A stretch of DNA of 64,000 nucleotides from Patescibacteria group bacterium (GCA_038063915.1 JBBTUE010000001.1:107905-171904), one strand, 5' to 3'; shown: positions 16,828 through 25,726, counted from the first letter of the stretch. The notes: generated from the letters alone by a model not told the origin. Numbers and translations: made by a program.

Positions 16828-19161
16828 ATGCCTTCCAAAAAAAGAGTCGTAAGTAAGAAAAAAGTTAGTGTAAAAAAAGTTTCACCCCAAGCGACGAAAC
16901 TCGCTATCAAGAATGATTTTATTAAAAGCGTTCAAAAAAGAGATGGTGCAATTGCTCCGTTTGATATTGAAAAGATCGTGAATGCTATTAATAAAGCTAT
17001 GCTTGCGTGTAATGAAGGCTCAATTAAGGAAGCAGAGATGGTTTCCAATAGGGTATTCATGGAGCTAGTGAAAATTGCCAAGCGACATAAGAGTTTTATC
17101 CCAACAGTTGAAGGTATTCAAGATGCAGTTGAGCAAGAATTAATGCTTTCTGACTATACTAAAACTTCCAAACATTATATTTTATATCGTGAAGAGCGTG
17201 CGAGGTTGCGTTCTCATAGTATCACTGTACCCGATCGTGTAAAAAAACTTACAGATGAGAGTAAAAAGTATTTTAGGAATCCACTTTCTGAATTTGTTTA
17301 CTATAGAAGTTACGCAAAATGGATTGAAGAAGAAGGAAGACGTGAGACATGGATCGAGACTATTGATAGATACATAGACTTCATGAAAAAGAATCTTGGT
17401 AACAAGTTGAAGGAAGCTGAGTATAAAGAAATCCGCGAAGCAATACTCAAACAAGAATCCATGCCATCGATGAGGTTACTCCAGTTCGCAGGACCTGCTG
17501 CAGAGAAGACAAATGTTTGCGCATACAACTGTTCGTTCATTGCACCGTCTCGCTTCGAAGATTTCGGAGAGATTATTTATATCTCTATGTGTGGTACAGG
17601 AGTAGGGTTCTCTGTTGAAAGTAAAAATATTCAAGCCCTCCCTCAGATTAAAAATCAATCTGGTAAAAAGCTAGCGGCGTATGTCGTGCCTGATACAAAG
17701 GAAGGTTGGGCGGATGCGTTTGTTATTGGAATGAAAACTTGGTTTGATGGTAATGATATTAATTTTGATTTCTCTCAACTTCGTCCAGCAGGTGCGAGAC
17801 TAAAAATAATGGGAGGTAAAAGTTCAGGTCCGAAGCCACTTATGGACTTACTAGGATTCACCCGTGAACGTATACTAAAGCGTCAGGGTAGACACCTACG
17901 CAATATAGATGCACATGACATAATCTGTAAGATTGGAGAGTGTGTAGTCTCAGGAGGAGTGCGCCGCAGTGCTCTTATCTCACTATCTGACTTGGATGAT
18001 CAAGATATGCGCGATGCAAAGAATGGCCAGTTTTGGAACTCTGAAGGCCAGCGCATGCTTGCCAACAACTCGGCAGTTTATAATACAAAGCCTACAGAGA
18101 CTGAATTTCTAAGGGAATGGATTGCCCTTATGGAGTCAGGCTCAGGGGAGCGAGGCATATTTAATCGTGGTGCACTTACTACATCTTTACCAAAACGCAG
18201 ATTAGAAGTTTCAAAAGATTATATAGGAGAGATGGGGACAAATCCTTGCGGTGAGATAGTGCTCAGGTCAAGACAATTTTGTAATCTTTCAGAAGTCGTT
18301 GCGCGAGCCGAAGATACAGAAGAGACGCTAATGAAGAAGATCCGTATCGCGACAATTCTCGGTACTTATCAGTCGACTCTTACAAAGTTTGGATATCTTT
18401 CAAAAGAATGGCAAGAGAATTGTGAAGCAGAAAGATTACTCGGTGTATCTGTCACCGGACAGTGGGATTCAAAGTTTGCACGTGATCCGGAGGTACTAAA
18501 GAAACTCAAGAATGAAGCAATTCGTGTGAATAAAATATATGCAAAAAGATTTGGAGTAAATGAATCTACCTGTATTACTTGCGTAAAACCATCTGGTACG
18601 GTATCTCAGACAGTTGATTGTGCATCAGGCATGCATCCACGTCATGCCCCTTACTATATTCGCCGCGTCCGTATTTCTGCCACGGATTCATTATTTAAAA
18701 TGATGAAAGATCAAGGGGTACCTTACTATCCAGAAATAGGTCAGGCACATGACAGTGCAAATACTTTTGTTTTGGAATTTCCAATGAAAGCGCCTCACGA
18801 TGCAATATGTAAAGATGATATATCTGCGATAGATCAGCTTGAACACTGGAAAGTAGTAAAAGTTAATTTCACAGAACACAATCCTTCGGTGACTGTATCA
18901 GTCGGAGAAAATGAATGGATAAAAGTAGCTCATTGGCTTTACCAGAACTGGGAGATTGTCGGAGGGCTATCATTTTTACCTAGAAGTAACCATGTCTATC
19001 AGCTTGCTCCGTACGAAGCAATAAGCGAGAAGACTTACAGAGAACTTGCTAAAAAAATGCCAGATTTTGATTTCTCTAAGATTGTTACTTATGAAGTAAG
19101 AGATGAAACAGAAGTCAAAAGAGAGCTTGCTTGTGTAGCAGGAGTCTGTGATATAGTCTAA
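16828..19161 (+). CDS. nrdJ: ribonucleotide reductase, class II (adenosylcobalamin-dependent) with N-terminal ATP-cone
   Basis: ATP-cone (VQKRDGAIAPFDIEKIVNAINKA), catalytic NPCGEIVLRSRQFCNLSEV loop typical of NrdJ, C-terminal Cys pair (CVAGVC); no NrdB/NrdF-like gene adjacent. Confidence 0.7.
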   Translation: MPSKKRVVSKKKVSVKKVSPQATKLAIKNDFIKSVQKRDGAIAPFDIEKIVNAINKAMLACNEGSIKEAEMVSNRVFMELVKIAKRHKSFIPTVEGIQDAVEQELMLSDYTKTSKHYILYREERARLRSHSITVPDRVKKLTDESKKYFRNPLSEFVYYRSYAKWIEEEGRRETWIETIDRYIDFMKKNLGNKLKEAEYKEIREAILKQESMPSMRLLQFAGPAAEKTNVCAYNCSFIAPSRFEDFGEIIYISMCGTGVGFSVESKNIQALPQIKNQSGKKLAAYVVPDTKEGWADAFVIGMKTWFDGNDINFDFSQLRPAGARLKIMGGKSSGPKPLMDLLGFTRERILKRQGRHLRNIDAHDIICKIGECVVSGGVRRSALISLSDLDDQDMRDAKNGQFWNSEGQRMLANNSAVYNTKPTETEFLREWIALMESGSGERGIFNRGALTTSLPKRRLEVSKDYIGEMGTNPCGEIVLRSRQFCNLSEVVARAEDTEETLMKKIRIATILGTYQSTLTKFGYLSKEWQENCEAERLLGVSVTGQWDSKFARDPEVLKKLKNEAIRVNKIYAKRFGVNESTCITCVKPSGTVSQTVDCASGMHPRHAPYYIRRVRISATDSLFKMMKDQGVPYYPEIGQAHDSANTFVLEFPMKAPHDAICKDDISAIDQLEHWKVVKVNFTEHNPSVTVSVGENEWIKVAHWLYQNWEIVGGLSFLPRSNHVYQLAPYEAISEKTYRELAKKMPDFDFSKIVTYEVRDETEVKRELACVAGVCDIV

Positions 19162-19166
19162 ATTAT

Positions 19167-19694
19167 ATGAAAAGGAATTGGATTAAATATACAATTGCAT
19201 TTATAGCAGTCCTAGGCTTACGGCTGATACCATTTAGAGCTCCAAATGTGGAGCCTGTAATGTCAGCGATTATGCCCTTTGGCCGAGTCTATGGCAAACT
19301 ATCTGCTTTCTTATTTGGAGCTATGAGTATTGTCATATACGATAGTTTAACCTCAGGATTAGGCGTCTGGAGCGCTATTACAGCCGTTGCTTATGGACTT
19401 GTTGGACTTGGCGCGGGGTATTACTTCAAAAATAGGACAGGATGGAGAAATTATGCTCTCTTTGCTATCTTTACGACTATACTTTATGACGTCGTGACTG
19501 GGCTTACCCTCGGGCCACTCTTTTTCGATCAAACACTTTCCAACGCCTTGGTAGGTCAGATTCCTTTTACCCTACTGCACTTGCTTGGCAACGTAGTATT
19601 TGCTATAGTGCTTTCACCGGTGATAGAAACGTGGATTAGAAAAGAGTCAAAAGTTGTCGTGCCTGTTACTAGAAAAGTCGCATTGAGTAGTTAG
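19167..19694 (+). CDS. small polytopic membrane protein (ECF S-component-like size/topology), co-transcribed with nrdJ
   Basis: 175 aa, ~5-6 hydrophobic helices; starts 5 nt after nrdJ stop; no recognisable named motif. Confidence 0.45.
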   Translation: MKRNWIKYTIAFIAVLGLRLIPFRAPNVEPVMSAIMPFGRVYGKLSAFLFGAMSIVIYDSLTSGLGVWSAITAVAYGLVGLGAGYYFKNRTGWRNYALFAIFTTILYDVVTGLTLGPLFFDQTLSNALVGQIPFTLLHLLGNVVFAIVLSPVIETWIRKESKVVVPVTRKVALSS

Positions 19695-19704
19695 TGTATT
19701 TTTA

Positions 19705-19870
19705 AAATTCAACCTATTGTGTTTGGAAGTGAGGTGAGATTCCTCCACTGTGCCGCAACGGTAAAGCTCTATAAAGAGACGAGTCCGATCTTAACACACT
19801 AGCGTATCCCGAGCAGGAGATAGATGTATTTATACATCTACCCAAATCTTCTGCTCACACAGGAGTTTTT
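19705..19870 (+). ncRNA. candidate cobalamin (B12) riboswitch with expression platform
   Basis: GGAAGTGAGGTGAGATTCCTCCACTGTGCCGCAACGGTAAAGC matches the conserved cobalamin aptamer core (GGGAA..GGUG.AA.UCC...CUG.CCCGCAACGGUAA). P1-like pairing TTGTGTT(~19717)/AACACA(~19793). B12-box-like GAGCAGGAGA at ~19811-19820. Downstream hairpin TAGATGTA-TTTA-TACATCTA inside a longer stem GAGCAGGAGA/TCTTCTGCTC, then AGGAG RBS and ATG 19881. Confidence 0.6.
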
Positions 19871-19880
19871 TTATTTTATT

Positions 19881-20312
19881 ATGAAAAACAAGAAATACTA
19901 CATATTTATAACAGTACTCGCGCTATCACTTACATTTGGTTGTGCACATTTTGCGTTGGCAAAAAATACTAAATACGTTGTAAAGAAACCTATTGCCAAG
20001 GTGAAGGCCATAAAAATAGAAAATCTTGTCACATTAGATGTGCTAGGTAGTACGTATAAAGTAAGCATTAAAGACAAGGATACTGCATACGATGCAATGG
20101 TTGGTCTTCAGAACAATAAAAATAATAATTTTTCCTTTCGTTCCAAAAATTATTCAAGTCTAGGAAACTTTATTTATGAGATAAATGGGATAAAAGGCAC
20201 CCCTGGTCGTTATTGGATTTATTATATTAATAACAAGAAGGCAACACTTGGTGTTTCTAAGTATGTCCTCAAATCTGGGGATATAATTTCTTGGAAACAA
20301 GAAGGAATTTAA
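19881..20312 (+). CDS. secreted small protein resembling the transcobalamin/intrinsic-factor beta-domain (DUF4430-like); start moved from track 19824 to 19881
   Basis: From ATG 19881 the product begins MKNKKYYIFITVLALSLTFGCAHFALA (signal peptide, possible lipoprotein Cys). C-terminus GRYWIYYINNKKATLGVSKYVLKSGDIISWK fits the yWxLL...G..Y.lk.GD.I..r.W motif of the B12-binding beta-domain. 19824-19880 overlaps the riboswitch platform. Confidence 0.5.
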   Translation: MKNKKYYIFITVLALSLTFGCAHFALAKNTKYVVKKPIAKVKAIKIENLVTLDVLGSTYKVSIKDKDTAYDAMVGLQNNKNNNFSFRSKNYSSLGNFIYEINGIKGTPGRYWIYYINNKKATLGVSKYVLKSGDIISWKQEGI

Positions 20313-20315
20313 TTC

Positions 20316-22388
20316 ATGAAAAAACTAATCATACTATTAATAAGTTTCGCAAGTATTTCTTTTTTCAGTGTTGCTTCTGCTGATACAACAATCCACTTGG
20401 ATGTAGTGACATCTACTGGCTCACTCTACAACCAAGATATCACAGTCGCCCCTTGTGATAGTGACAATGCAGGCACTATGGCCGTCACTGCATACTGTGC
20501 AGTCTTGCAATCAGGCTTGGCTAACGATTGGTCGTGGTTTGGATCTGATGCGTTTTTAAATTCCATTGATACAAAAGTTAATAATGATAATAATAATGGT
20601 ATTTATTGGGGTTGGTTTGCTAATCTTGAACTCGGTCAAACAGCTCTCAATAAATACGTACTCATGGAAGGTGATTCCATCCTTATAAATTACGACATTA
20701 ACCCATTAAAAATTGCAGTTGATAATACTAATCCATCTGTCGGCAGTAGTATTAAGTTTACTGTTATGTCGTTTGGTTTTGACTCTAGTTGGAACCCAGC
20801 TTGGTCTCCTGTTGTTGGGGGGAAAATTGTTATAGGGCCAGATACTCTAGATCTTGATTTAGATGGCACGTATTCATTTATAGTTATAGATACAACCCCA
20901 CTGATAGTAAAAGGACAAGCTATCGGATTTCTAGAAACTAAAGAATTAGTTATAACCCCAACTGTTTCTTTAGATGTCACAGCGCCTATAATTACCTTGA
21001 TTGGTGATACGACAGAATCTATAAACGTAGGCAGTGATTATATAGAAAAAGGTGCAACTGCTACAGACGATATAGATGGAGATATAACTAGTAAAATAGT
21101 AATTACTGGTAATGTTGATACTTCTAAAGTAGGTAGCTATGATATTTTATTTGATGTGAGTGATTTGTTAGGGAATAAAGCAAACACAGTAACTCGTACA
21201 GTAAATGTTATAAATTCTGGGGGTGGAGGTGGTGGACCAACTCTTTCTACTTTATCTATACCCCAAGCGACACTCTTTCTTGCAAACAACCAGGATATAA
21301 ATGGATCTTTCATAGACTCTCTATATACCGACTGGGTAGCCATAGCGGTAGGTTCACTTGGGTCTTCAGGAGATATTATGAAAGCGAAGATATCTGAGTA
21401 TATGAAGATGAATCCACTTATGTCCTCTGTTATTACAGATAATGAACGCCGTGCTATGGCTCTAATGTCGCTAGGTATCAATCCGTACTCTGGGACAAGT
21501 GTAGATTATATAAATAAAATCGTATCTTCGTATGACGGAACTCAATTTGGAGACAATACACTATTTAATGACGACATCTTTGCTTTAATAGTACTTCAAA
21601 AGGCAGGTTACATCTCCACAGATACAATGATAGTGAAAGATATTGAATATATATTATCATATCAATCTCCTGATGGATCGTGGGGAAGTATTGATATGAC
21701 TGGTGCTGCGTTGCAAGCACTCAGTAACTTTACCGATATTGCTGGCGTGCAATCTTCAATATTAAAAGGGGAGAACTATTTAATAAGTACGCAGCAAGTT
21801 GACGGGGGATTCTATAATTCTTCTTCAACGAGTTGGGCACTCCAAGCTCTATCTAGTAATCCATCTTTCTCATCAGGGGTTGCTCGAGCTGATGATTACC
21901 TTGCTAAGTTACAACAAGCTGATGGGGGAGTGGAGTTGTCGACAAGCATAATCGAGAATCGTATCTGGGCTACTGCATATGCTATACCAGCTGCACTCCA
22001 CAAGACTTGGTCAAATATTCTACAATCATTTCCAAAACCCATCATATCAACTGGTGGAGGTGGAACTTCGACTATATTAATACCAGAAGTGGAATCTTTA
22101 ACTCAAAAATTAGTCAAAGAAGAAGAGAAGATAGATGAAAAAAAGATAGAGGAGTTAGAAGTAATAAATAAAGACTCCTTAATAAAACCAAAACTAAAAA
22201 ATACCCAGAAGGTAACTAAGCCCAAAGTTGTTGCTAAAGCTAACCCTGTACCGAACACCTCAAATGTCTTAGTCGCAAACGCATCCTCTTCTTTAGAAGC
22301 TGAAACGCCATCTAGGTCATTTTTCAGTAGGATAGTGGGGACAATCAAAGTCCCGTTTATATGGCTTTGGGACAAGCTCGGATTTTGA
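20316..22388 (+). CDS. secreted multi-domain surface protein with Ig-like (DUF5011-type) domain and prenyltransferase/terpene-cyclase-like alpha/alpha-toroid repeats
   Basis: Signal peptide; DUF5011-like segment PIITLIGDTTESINVGSDYIEKGATATDDIDGDITSKIVITGNVDTSKVGSYDILFDVSDLLGN; Gly7 linker; repeated Q/DGxW-type motifs (YQSPDGSWGS, QQVDGGFYNS, QQADGGVEL) of alpha-alpha toroid proteins; K-rich tail and hydrophobic C-terminus. Confidence 0.55.
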   Translation: MKKLIILLISFASISFFSVASADTTIHLDVVTSTGSLYNQDITVAPCDSDNAGTMAVTAYCAVLQSGLANDWSWFGSDAFLNSIDTKVNNDNNNGIYWGWFANLELGQTALNKYVLMEGDSILINYDINPLKIAVDNTNPSVGSSIKFTVMSFGFDSSWNPAWSPVVGGKIVIGPDTLDLDLDGTYSFIVIDTTPLIVKGQAIGFLETKELVITPTVSLDVTAPIITLIGDTTESINVGSDYIEKGATATDDIDGDITSKIVITGNVDTSKVGSYDILFDVSDLLGNKANTVTRTVNVINSGGGGGGPTLSTLSIPQATLFLANNQDINGSFIDSLYTDWVAIAVGSLGSSGDIMKAKISEYMKMNPLMSSVITDNERRAMALMSLGINPYSGTSVDYINKIVSSYDGTQFGDNTLFNDDIFALIVLQKAGYISTDTMIVKDIEYILSYQSPDGSWGSIDMTGAALQALSNFTDIAGVQSSILKGENYLISTQQVDGGFYNSSSTSWALQALSSNPSFSSGVARADDYLAKLQQADGGVELSTSIIENRIWATAYAIPAALHKTWSNILQSFPKPIISTGGGGTSTILIPEVESLTQKLVKEEEKIDEKKIEELEVINKDSLIKPKLKNTQKVTKPKVVAKANPVPNTSNVLVANASSSLEAETPSRSFFSRIVGTIKVPFIWLWDKLGF

Positions 22389-22401
22389 TATAATAATAAA
22401 C

Positions 22402-22962
22402 ATGAAATCAAAATTTATAGCACTGGTAGTTGTGGTAATATTGTTCGTCGTTGGGCTAGGGGTTTTTATGAATAAGAATACAAGCATTGGTAAATATGAT
22501 GATTTTGCCAAAAGCTTGACTACACAGGGAGCCAAATTTTATGGTGCCTTTTGGTGCCCACACTGCTTGGCCGAGAAGGCCCTGTTTGGAAGTTCAAAGC
22601 GATATTTACCATATGTTGAGTGCTCTAATCCTGACAAAACTCAAGTTCAAATATGTATAGATAATAAAATAGAGAATTATCCAACTTGGACATTTAGAGA
22701 CGGTATAACTTTACTTTCAGAGAGTACTCCTACAATCTGTGAAATTAGTCCTGGCAAAGATGGAGAAGAACCTATATGTGAGCAAGTAGCTTCGAAATAT
22801 TATCGTACCTGGATATTCCCAGAGCATCGGTTATCTATAAAAAGTCCGACTGACCCTATTGTCAAAGATGGTGTTTGGAAATTCGAAGTTGGTTCCAAAG
22901 CAACGGGGGAGATACCTCTTGAATTCTTGGCACAACAGATAGGATATACACTTCCACAATAA
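22402..22962 (+). CDS. membrane-anchored thioredoxin-like protein (VKOR/DsbB partner type)
   Basis: N-terminal TM anchor then FYGAFWCPHC CxxC motif typical of Trx-like domains partnered or fused with VKOR. Confidence 0.6.
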   Translation: MKSKFIALVVVVILFVVGLGVFMNKNTSIGKYDDFAKSLTTQGAKFYGAFWCPHCLAEKALFGSSKRYLPYVECSNPDKTQVQICIDNKIENYPTWTFRDGITLLSESTPTICEISPGKDGEEPICEQVASKYYRTWIFPEHRLSIKSPTDPIVKDGVWKFEVGSKATGEIPLEFLAQQIGYTLPQ

Positions 22963-22963
22963 T

Positions 22964-23512
22964 ATGCCAGCATACATAGAAACATTGAATCAGTTTTTAT
23001 CACTTGGCATAATCGGTTTGCAAGTTATAATTGTGGCCTTGCTTTTAAATCTTGTTTTTTTTAGATCACATACAAATCAAATATTAATTTTCTTTAAGAA
23101 AAATACTTTTACATTTGGATTCATGGTTGCTCTCTGCTCGACCCTTTTTAGTCTATTCTATTCAAATGTTGTTGGCTTCCCACCGTGTGAACTTTGCTGG
23201 ATAAATCGAATATTTATTTATCCGCAAGTCATACTTTTTGGTATGGAGTTGTACAAGCGAGACAAAGCTATAATTGATCAGAGTCTAGTCCTCGCAGTGT
23301 TTAGTGCTCTGACATCAATACTACATGTGTATGTCGAGAATGGAGGAGCGTCGTCACTTGCATGTGCGACAGGGGGACCGGCTACAATCTCATGTGCGAC
23401 CCTATATGTCTATGAATTTGGTTATATTACTATTCCTTTGATGGCGCTCACTGCTGCAGTATTTACCATCTTAATTTTAGTTAATTATAAGTACATGTCT
23501 AAGGCTAAATAA
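22964..23512 (+). CDS. disulfide bond formation protein, DsbB/BdbC family
   Basis: 4 TM helices, first periplasmic loop PCELCWINRIFIYPQ (CxxC) and second loop Cys pair (ACATGGPATISCA), as in Bacillus BdbC. Confidence 0.6.
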   Translation: MPAYIETLNQFLSLGIIGLQVIIVALLLNLVFFRSHTNQILIFFKKNTFTFGFMVALCSTLFSLFYSNVVGFPPCELCWINRIFIYPQVILFGMELYKRDKAIIDQSLVLAVFSALTSILHVYVENGGASSLACATGGPATISCATLYVYEFGYITIPLMALTAAVFTILILVNYKYMSKAK

Positions 23513-23515
23513 AAT

Positions 23516-23944
23516 ATGTTAGTAGAAAAAATAAACAAAGAATCCAAAGATATAGTATTCATATATACAACTTGCCCAACTCTCGACGAGGCTCGTTCTA
23601 TAGGGCTCTCTGTCATAAAGGAGAAGCTCGCTATATCCGCTGACTACTGGGTTATCGGATCTATTTACCCATGGCACAATGTTATCCAAGATGTTGGCCA
23701 ATATATGCTTATGCTCACCACAGAAAAAGAGCTCAGTGAAAGACTTACGAAGCATATAGGTAGTATGCACTCGTACAGTGCGCCGATGATTGCAAGGCTA
23801 AACACTTCTTTAATTAACCCCAACTATACATTTTGGGTTGATAATACACTGCGAAGCAAGGACGACTATATATCTGAGCATGATAGTAAAATAAAAGAAA
23901 GAAATGACGATGAAGACGGATACCGTTATGGTAAGTTGAAATAG
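23516..23944 (+). CDS. cutA: divalent-cation tolerance protein CutA family
   Basis: IVFIYTTCPTLDEARSIGLSVIKEKLAISADYWVIGSIYPWHNVIQDVGQYMLMLTTEKELSERLTKHIGSMHSYSAPMI matches CutA1 fold. Confidence 0.6.
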   Translation: MLVEKINKESKDIVFIYTTCPTLDEARSIGLSVIKEKLAISADYWVIGSIYPWHNVIQDVGQYMLMLTTEKELSERLTKHIGSMHSYSAPMIARLNTSLINPNYTFWVDNTLRSKDDYISEHDSKIKERNDDEDGYRYGKLK

Positions 23945-23945
23945 T

Positions 23946-25691
23946 ATGGAAGCTCAAAATAAAATATGCCAGAATTGCAAAAATTCCTTCGTCATCGAAC
24001 CAGAGGATTTTTCTTTCTACGAAAAGATAAAAGTTCCTCCACCGACATTTTGCTCTGAGTGTAGTTTGATACGACGTATGGCGTTTCGTAACGAAAGAAC
24101 TCTATATCGACGCAAATGCCAAGCTCCAGGACATGGTGAAGATATGCTCAGTGTCTTTTCACCAGACAAAGAAGCAACGATATATTGTCACTCCGCGTGG
24201 TGGGGTGATTCTTGGGATGGATTGAGCTACGGACGCGACTACGATTTCTCTAGGAATTTTTTCGAACAAATAAATCATCTCTGGAGAGAAGTTCCAGACA
24301 TAGGGCTATTTAATATAAATCCAGTGAATAGTGATTATTGTAGTATTACAGAGGGAAACAAGAATTGTTATTTAGTTATTGGGGGAGATTTTAATGAAGA
24401 TTCACTCTATTCCGCGTTTATATTTAATTCTAAATTTTTAGTTGATTGTTACTGGGTTTCAAAAAGCGAATGGAATTATGAGACCATTGATTGTATTTCA
24501 TGTTCACGATTGTTATTTAGTCGCTATTGCGAAGGATGCTATGGAAGTACTTTTATGTTTAACTGCCGCAATTGTCATGACTGCTTTGGGTGCGTTAATT
24601 TATCAAATAGATCGTATTGCATTTTTAACGAACAATACTCTAAGGAAGAATATCATAATAAATTAAAAGAGTTCAATATATCATCATGGAAAGAACTACA
24701 AAAAATTAAAGCGACATTTACTGAATTTAGTAGAAAGTTTCCAAGGCGCTTTGCCAAGATTATCAAGTCGGTTGATGTAACAGGGGACGATATAGAAGAA
24801 TCAAAGAATTGCAAAAACTCCTTCTCGATTTTTGGAGGAGCCGAAGATTCAAAAAATCTATGGCTTGTTTACTCGTCAGTAAAGAATTGCTATAACATAG
24901 ATCACTCAGGACTCTCTTCAACTGATTGCTACGAAGTATCAAGCGCATATCCTGGAAACAAAGTCCTTTTTTCACGTTTTATCTTTGAAGGTTTTAATAT
25001 TGAATACAGCTATAATTGCCATAACTGTTCAAATTTATTTGGTTGTATTGGATTACGTAACAAGCAATACTGTATCTTAAACAAACAATATTCTAAAGAG
25101 GATTATGAGGTCCTAATTCAAAAAATAAAAGCTCATATGAATGATAATAAATATATTGACCAAGGCGGAAGGGTATATGGCTATGGAGAATTTTTCCCGA
25201 TAGAGATATCGCCATTTCTTTATAATGAAACAGTAGCTCAAGAACTCAAGCCAATATCTAGAGATGAAGCAAATGCAAGTGGCATTAGATTAATGGAAAG
25301 TGTAGATAGGAATTACAAGATTACAAAGAATATGGAAGACCTTACTGACACAATTGAAAAAGTTGAGGACTCAATACTAGATGACGTGATAAGTTGTGCA
25401 CATAAAGGCAGCTGTGCACATGAGTGTGCAACTGCATTCAAAATTACAAAAGCTGAACTCGAGTTCTATAGAAATTTGAAGTTACCATTGCCACACTTAT
25501 GTCCAAATTGTAGACATTACGAGAGAATAAGCCAAAGAAATCCAATGAAACTCTGGCATAGGTCGTGTATGTGTGAAAAGAAAGGGCATATCCATGAGGC
25601 AAAATGCACAGTAGAATTTGAGACTAGCTATTCTCCGGAGCGACCAGAGATTATATACTGCGAAAAGTGCTATCAACAAGAAGTAATCTAG
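23946..25691 (+). CDS. cysteine-rich zinc-ribbon-repeat protein, paralog 4 (distal copy)
   Basis: 581 aa; N-term CQNCKNSFVIEPEDFSFYEKIKVPPPTFCSECSLIRRMAFRNERTLYRRKC, central YCILNKQYSKEDYEVLIQKIKAHM, C-term CATAFKITKAELEFYRNLKLPLPHLCPNCRHYER...EFETSYSPERPEIIYCEKCYQQEVI; collinear with 11274-16543 paralogs. Confidence 0.7.
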   Translation: MEAQNKICQNCKNSFVIEPEDFSFYEKIKVPPPTFCSECSLIRRMAFRNERTLYRRKCQAPGHGEDMLSVFSPDKEATIYCHSAWWGDSWDGLSYGRDYDFSRNFFEQINHLWREVPDIGLFNINPVNSDYCSITEGNKNCYLVIGGDFNEDSLYSAFIFNSKFLVDCYWVSKSEWNYETIDCISCSRLLFSRYCEGCYGSTFMFNCRNCHDCFGCVNLSNRSYCIFNEQYSKEEYHNKLKEFNISSWKELQKIKATFTEFSRKFPRRFAKIIKSVDVTGDDIEESKNCKNSFSIFGGAEDSKNLWLVYSSVKNCYNIDHSGLSSTDCYEVSSAYPGNKVLFSRFIFEGFNIEYSYNCHNCSNLFGCIGLRNKQYCILNKQYSKEDYEVLIQKIKAHMNDNKYIDQGGRVYGYGEFFPIEISPFLYNETVAQELKPISRDEANASGIRLMESVDRNYKITKNMEDLTDTIEKVEDSILDDVISCAHKGSCAHECATAFKITKAELEFYRNLKLPLPHLCPNCRHYERISQRNPMKLWHRSCMCEKKGHIHEAKCTVEFETSYSPERPEIIYCEKCYQQEVI

Positions 25692-25726
25692 GCTCTAAGA
25701 GTGGGTGATATGATATACTATATAGT

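Noticed and set aside
19824-19880. Track start of the 19824..20312 ORF (MYLYIYPNLLLTQEFFYFI...)
   Set aside because: This stretch overlaps the riboswitch expression-platform hairpin. The in-frame ATG at 19881 has an AGGAG upstream and begins a canonical signal peptide, so I moved the start.
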